64,000 nucleotides of DNA from a virus (Duplodnaviria; Caudoviricetes): positions 1,087 through 65,086 of the IMG/VR virus record IMGVR_UViG_2627854274_000001; one strand, given 5' to 3'. Every line of letters begins with the position of its first letter. The first letter of the stretch is position 1. Shown piece after piece: positions 63,520-64,000 of this stretch. Under the pieces are notes generated by a model. That model was not told the DNA's origin. It did not search any database and saw only the letters and a program-made list of their open reading frames with translations. A program made the position numbers and the translations under genes.

Positions 63520-63565
63520 ACTGTTAATCGGACGGTCACTGGTTCAAGCCCAGTCGCAGGAGCCA
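63520..63565 (+). other. attR core = 3' half of tRNA-Asn(GTT)
   Basis: ACTGTTAATCGGA...GGTTCAAGCCCAGTCGCAGGAGCCA; no 5' half upstream. Confidence 0.88.
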
Positions 63566-63569
63566 TATG

Positions 63570-63597
63570 AAAGCCCTTGGAAATCAAGGGCTTTTTT
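63570..63597 (+). terminator. Terminator after the tRNA/att site (possibly bidirectional)
   Basis: AAAGCCCTTG/CAAGGGCTTT followed by T tract. Confidence 0.8.
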
Positions 63598-63598
63598 G

Positions 63599-64000
63599 TT
63601 ACTCCAACGAATCAAGCACGTCATCGATCAGCGTACGCTCGTGCGACCCATCGGCTTTGAGTCGAGGGAAACGTCGCAAGACGTTGGCGGGACTCGCGCC
63701 GGCCGCACGCGCCACATTCGATTTTGACTCGCCATGGGCCAAAGCCGTTTCCGCAAGACGATCCACCAGCGAGTCCGACACCTTGCGAATCTGCTCGGCA
63801 ACCCACAGCTGCGCCAGCTCGGGGGAGAGCGCGTAATCGTCCTGCAATTCGCTTGACGCCTCCTGCACGGCCGCCCACAGCACCATAAAAGGCTTCTGAT
63901 AGTACGTGATTCGATCGTGATCGGACTCGCCTTCCAGCTGCTGCAACGCTTTGCGCTGCGACGTGTTATCGCTCATGCGTTCCATCGTATGCCGCGACAT
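63599..64000 (-). CDS. Host hypothetical protein with C-terminal HTH-like motif (start may lie beyond the window)
   Basis: Lies beyond att; GESKSNVARAAGASPAN. Confidence 0.7.
   Translation of the reverse strand: MSRHTMERMSDNTSQRKALQQLEGESDHDRITYYQKPFMVLWAAVQEASSELQDDYALSPELAQLWVAEQIRKVSDSLVDRLAETALAHGESKSNVARAAGASPANVLRRFPRLKADGSHERTLIDDVLDSLE

Larger units (their letters stand above)
1..63565. mobile_element. Temperate siphovirus prophage (left end outside window), integrated in tRNA-Asn
   Basis: Lysogeny switch, replication, packaging, head, tail and lysis modules plus an integrase; the element ends at a 3' half-tRNA-Asn. Confidence 0.97.

Noticed and set aside
63490-63565. Complete tRNA-Asn gene
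   Set aside because: The 5' half (acceptor 5' strand, D-arm, 5' anticodon stem) is missing; this is the att duplication

Overview
Almost the whole window (<1..63565) is one temperate siphovirus prophage of a high-GC actinobacterium, most likely Bifidobacterium (inferred from gene content and composition). It is integrated at the 3' half of a tRNA-Asn gene; attR is at about 63520-63565 and attL lies left of the window. Gene order: repressor/cro switch; a rightward early operon (pentapeptide-repeat protein, antirepressor, DivIVA-domain protein, Bet recombinase, SSB, resolvase, initiator, Orn-like exonuclease, dUTPase, MazG-like protein, phosphoesterase); a leftward operon of about 20 small, mostly acidic genes (including an AcrIC5-like anti-CRISPR, XRE regulators and a DUF4160/DUF2442 pair) behind an ~830-nt structured non-coding leader; a putative cos/origin region where strand skew flips; four tRNAs mixed with tRNA-like RNAs; packaging, head, tail and lysis genes; and a tyrosine integrase. 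Top candidates for new biology: (1) a split 'plug-and-socket' receptor-binding system, with six YW/YTxWxGxxNxSPS motifs on tail proteins and three free cassette proteins ending in F(T/A)GD(T/L)MP(L/I)A, one of them frameshifted by a G10 tract; (2) a family of tRNA-mimic RNAs and large structured RNAs; (3) an anti-CRISPR/anti-defence island next to the genome end. All family assignments come from motif recognition and recall, not from database searches.
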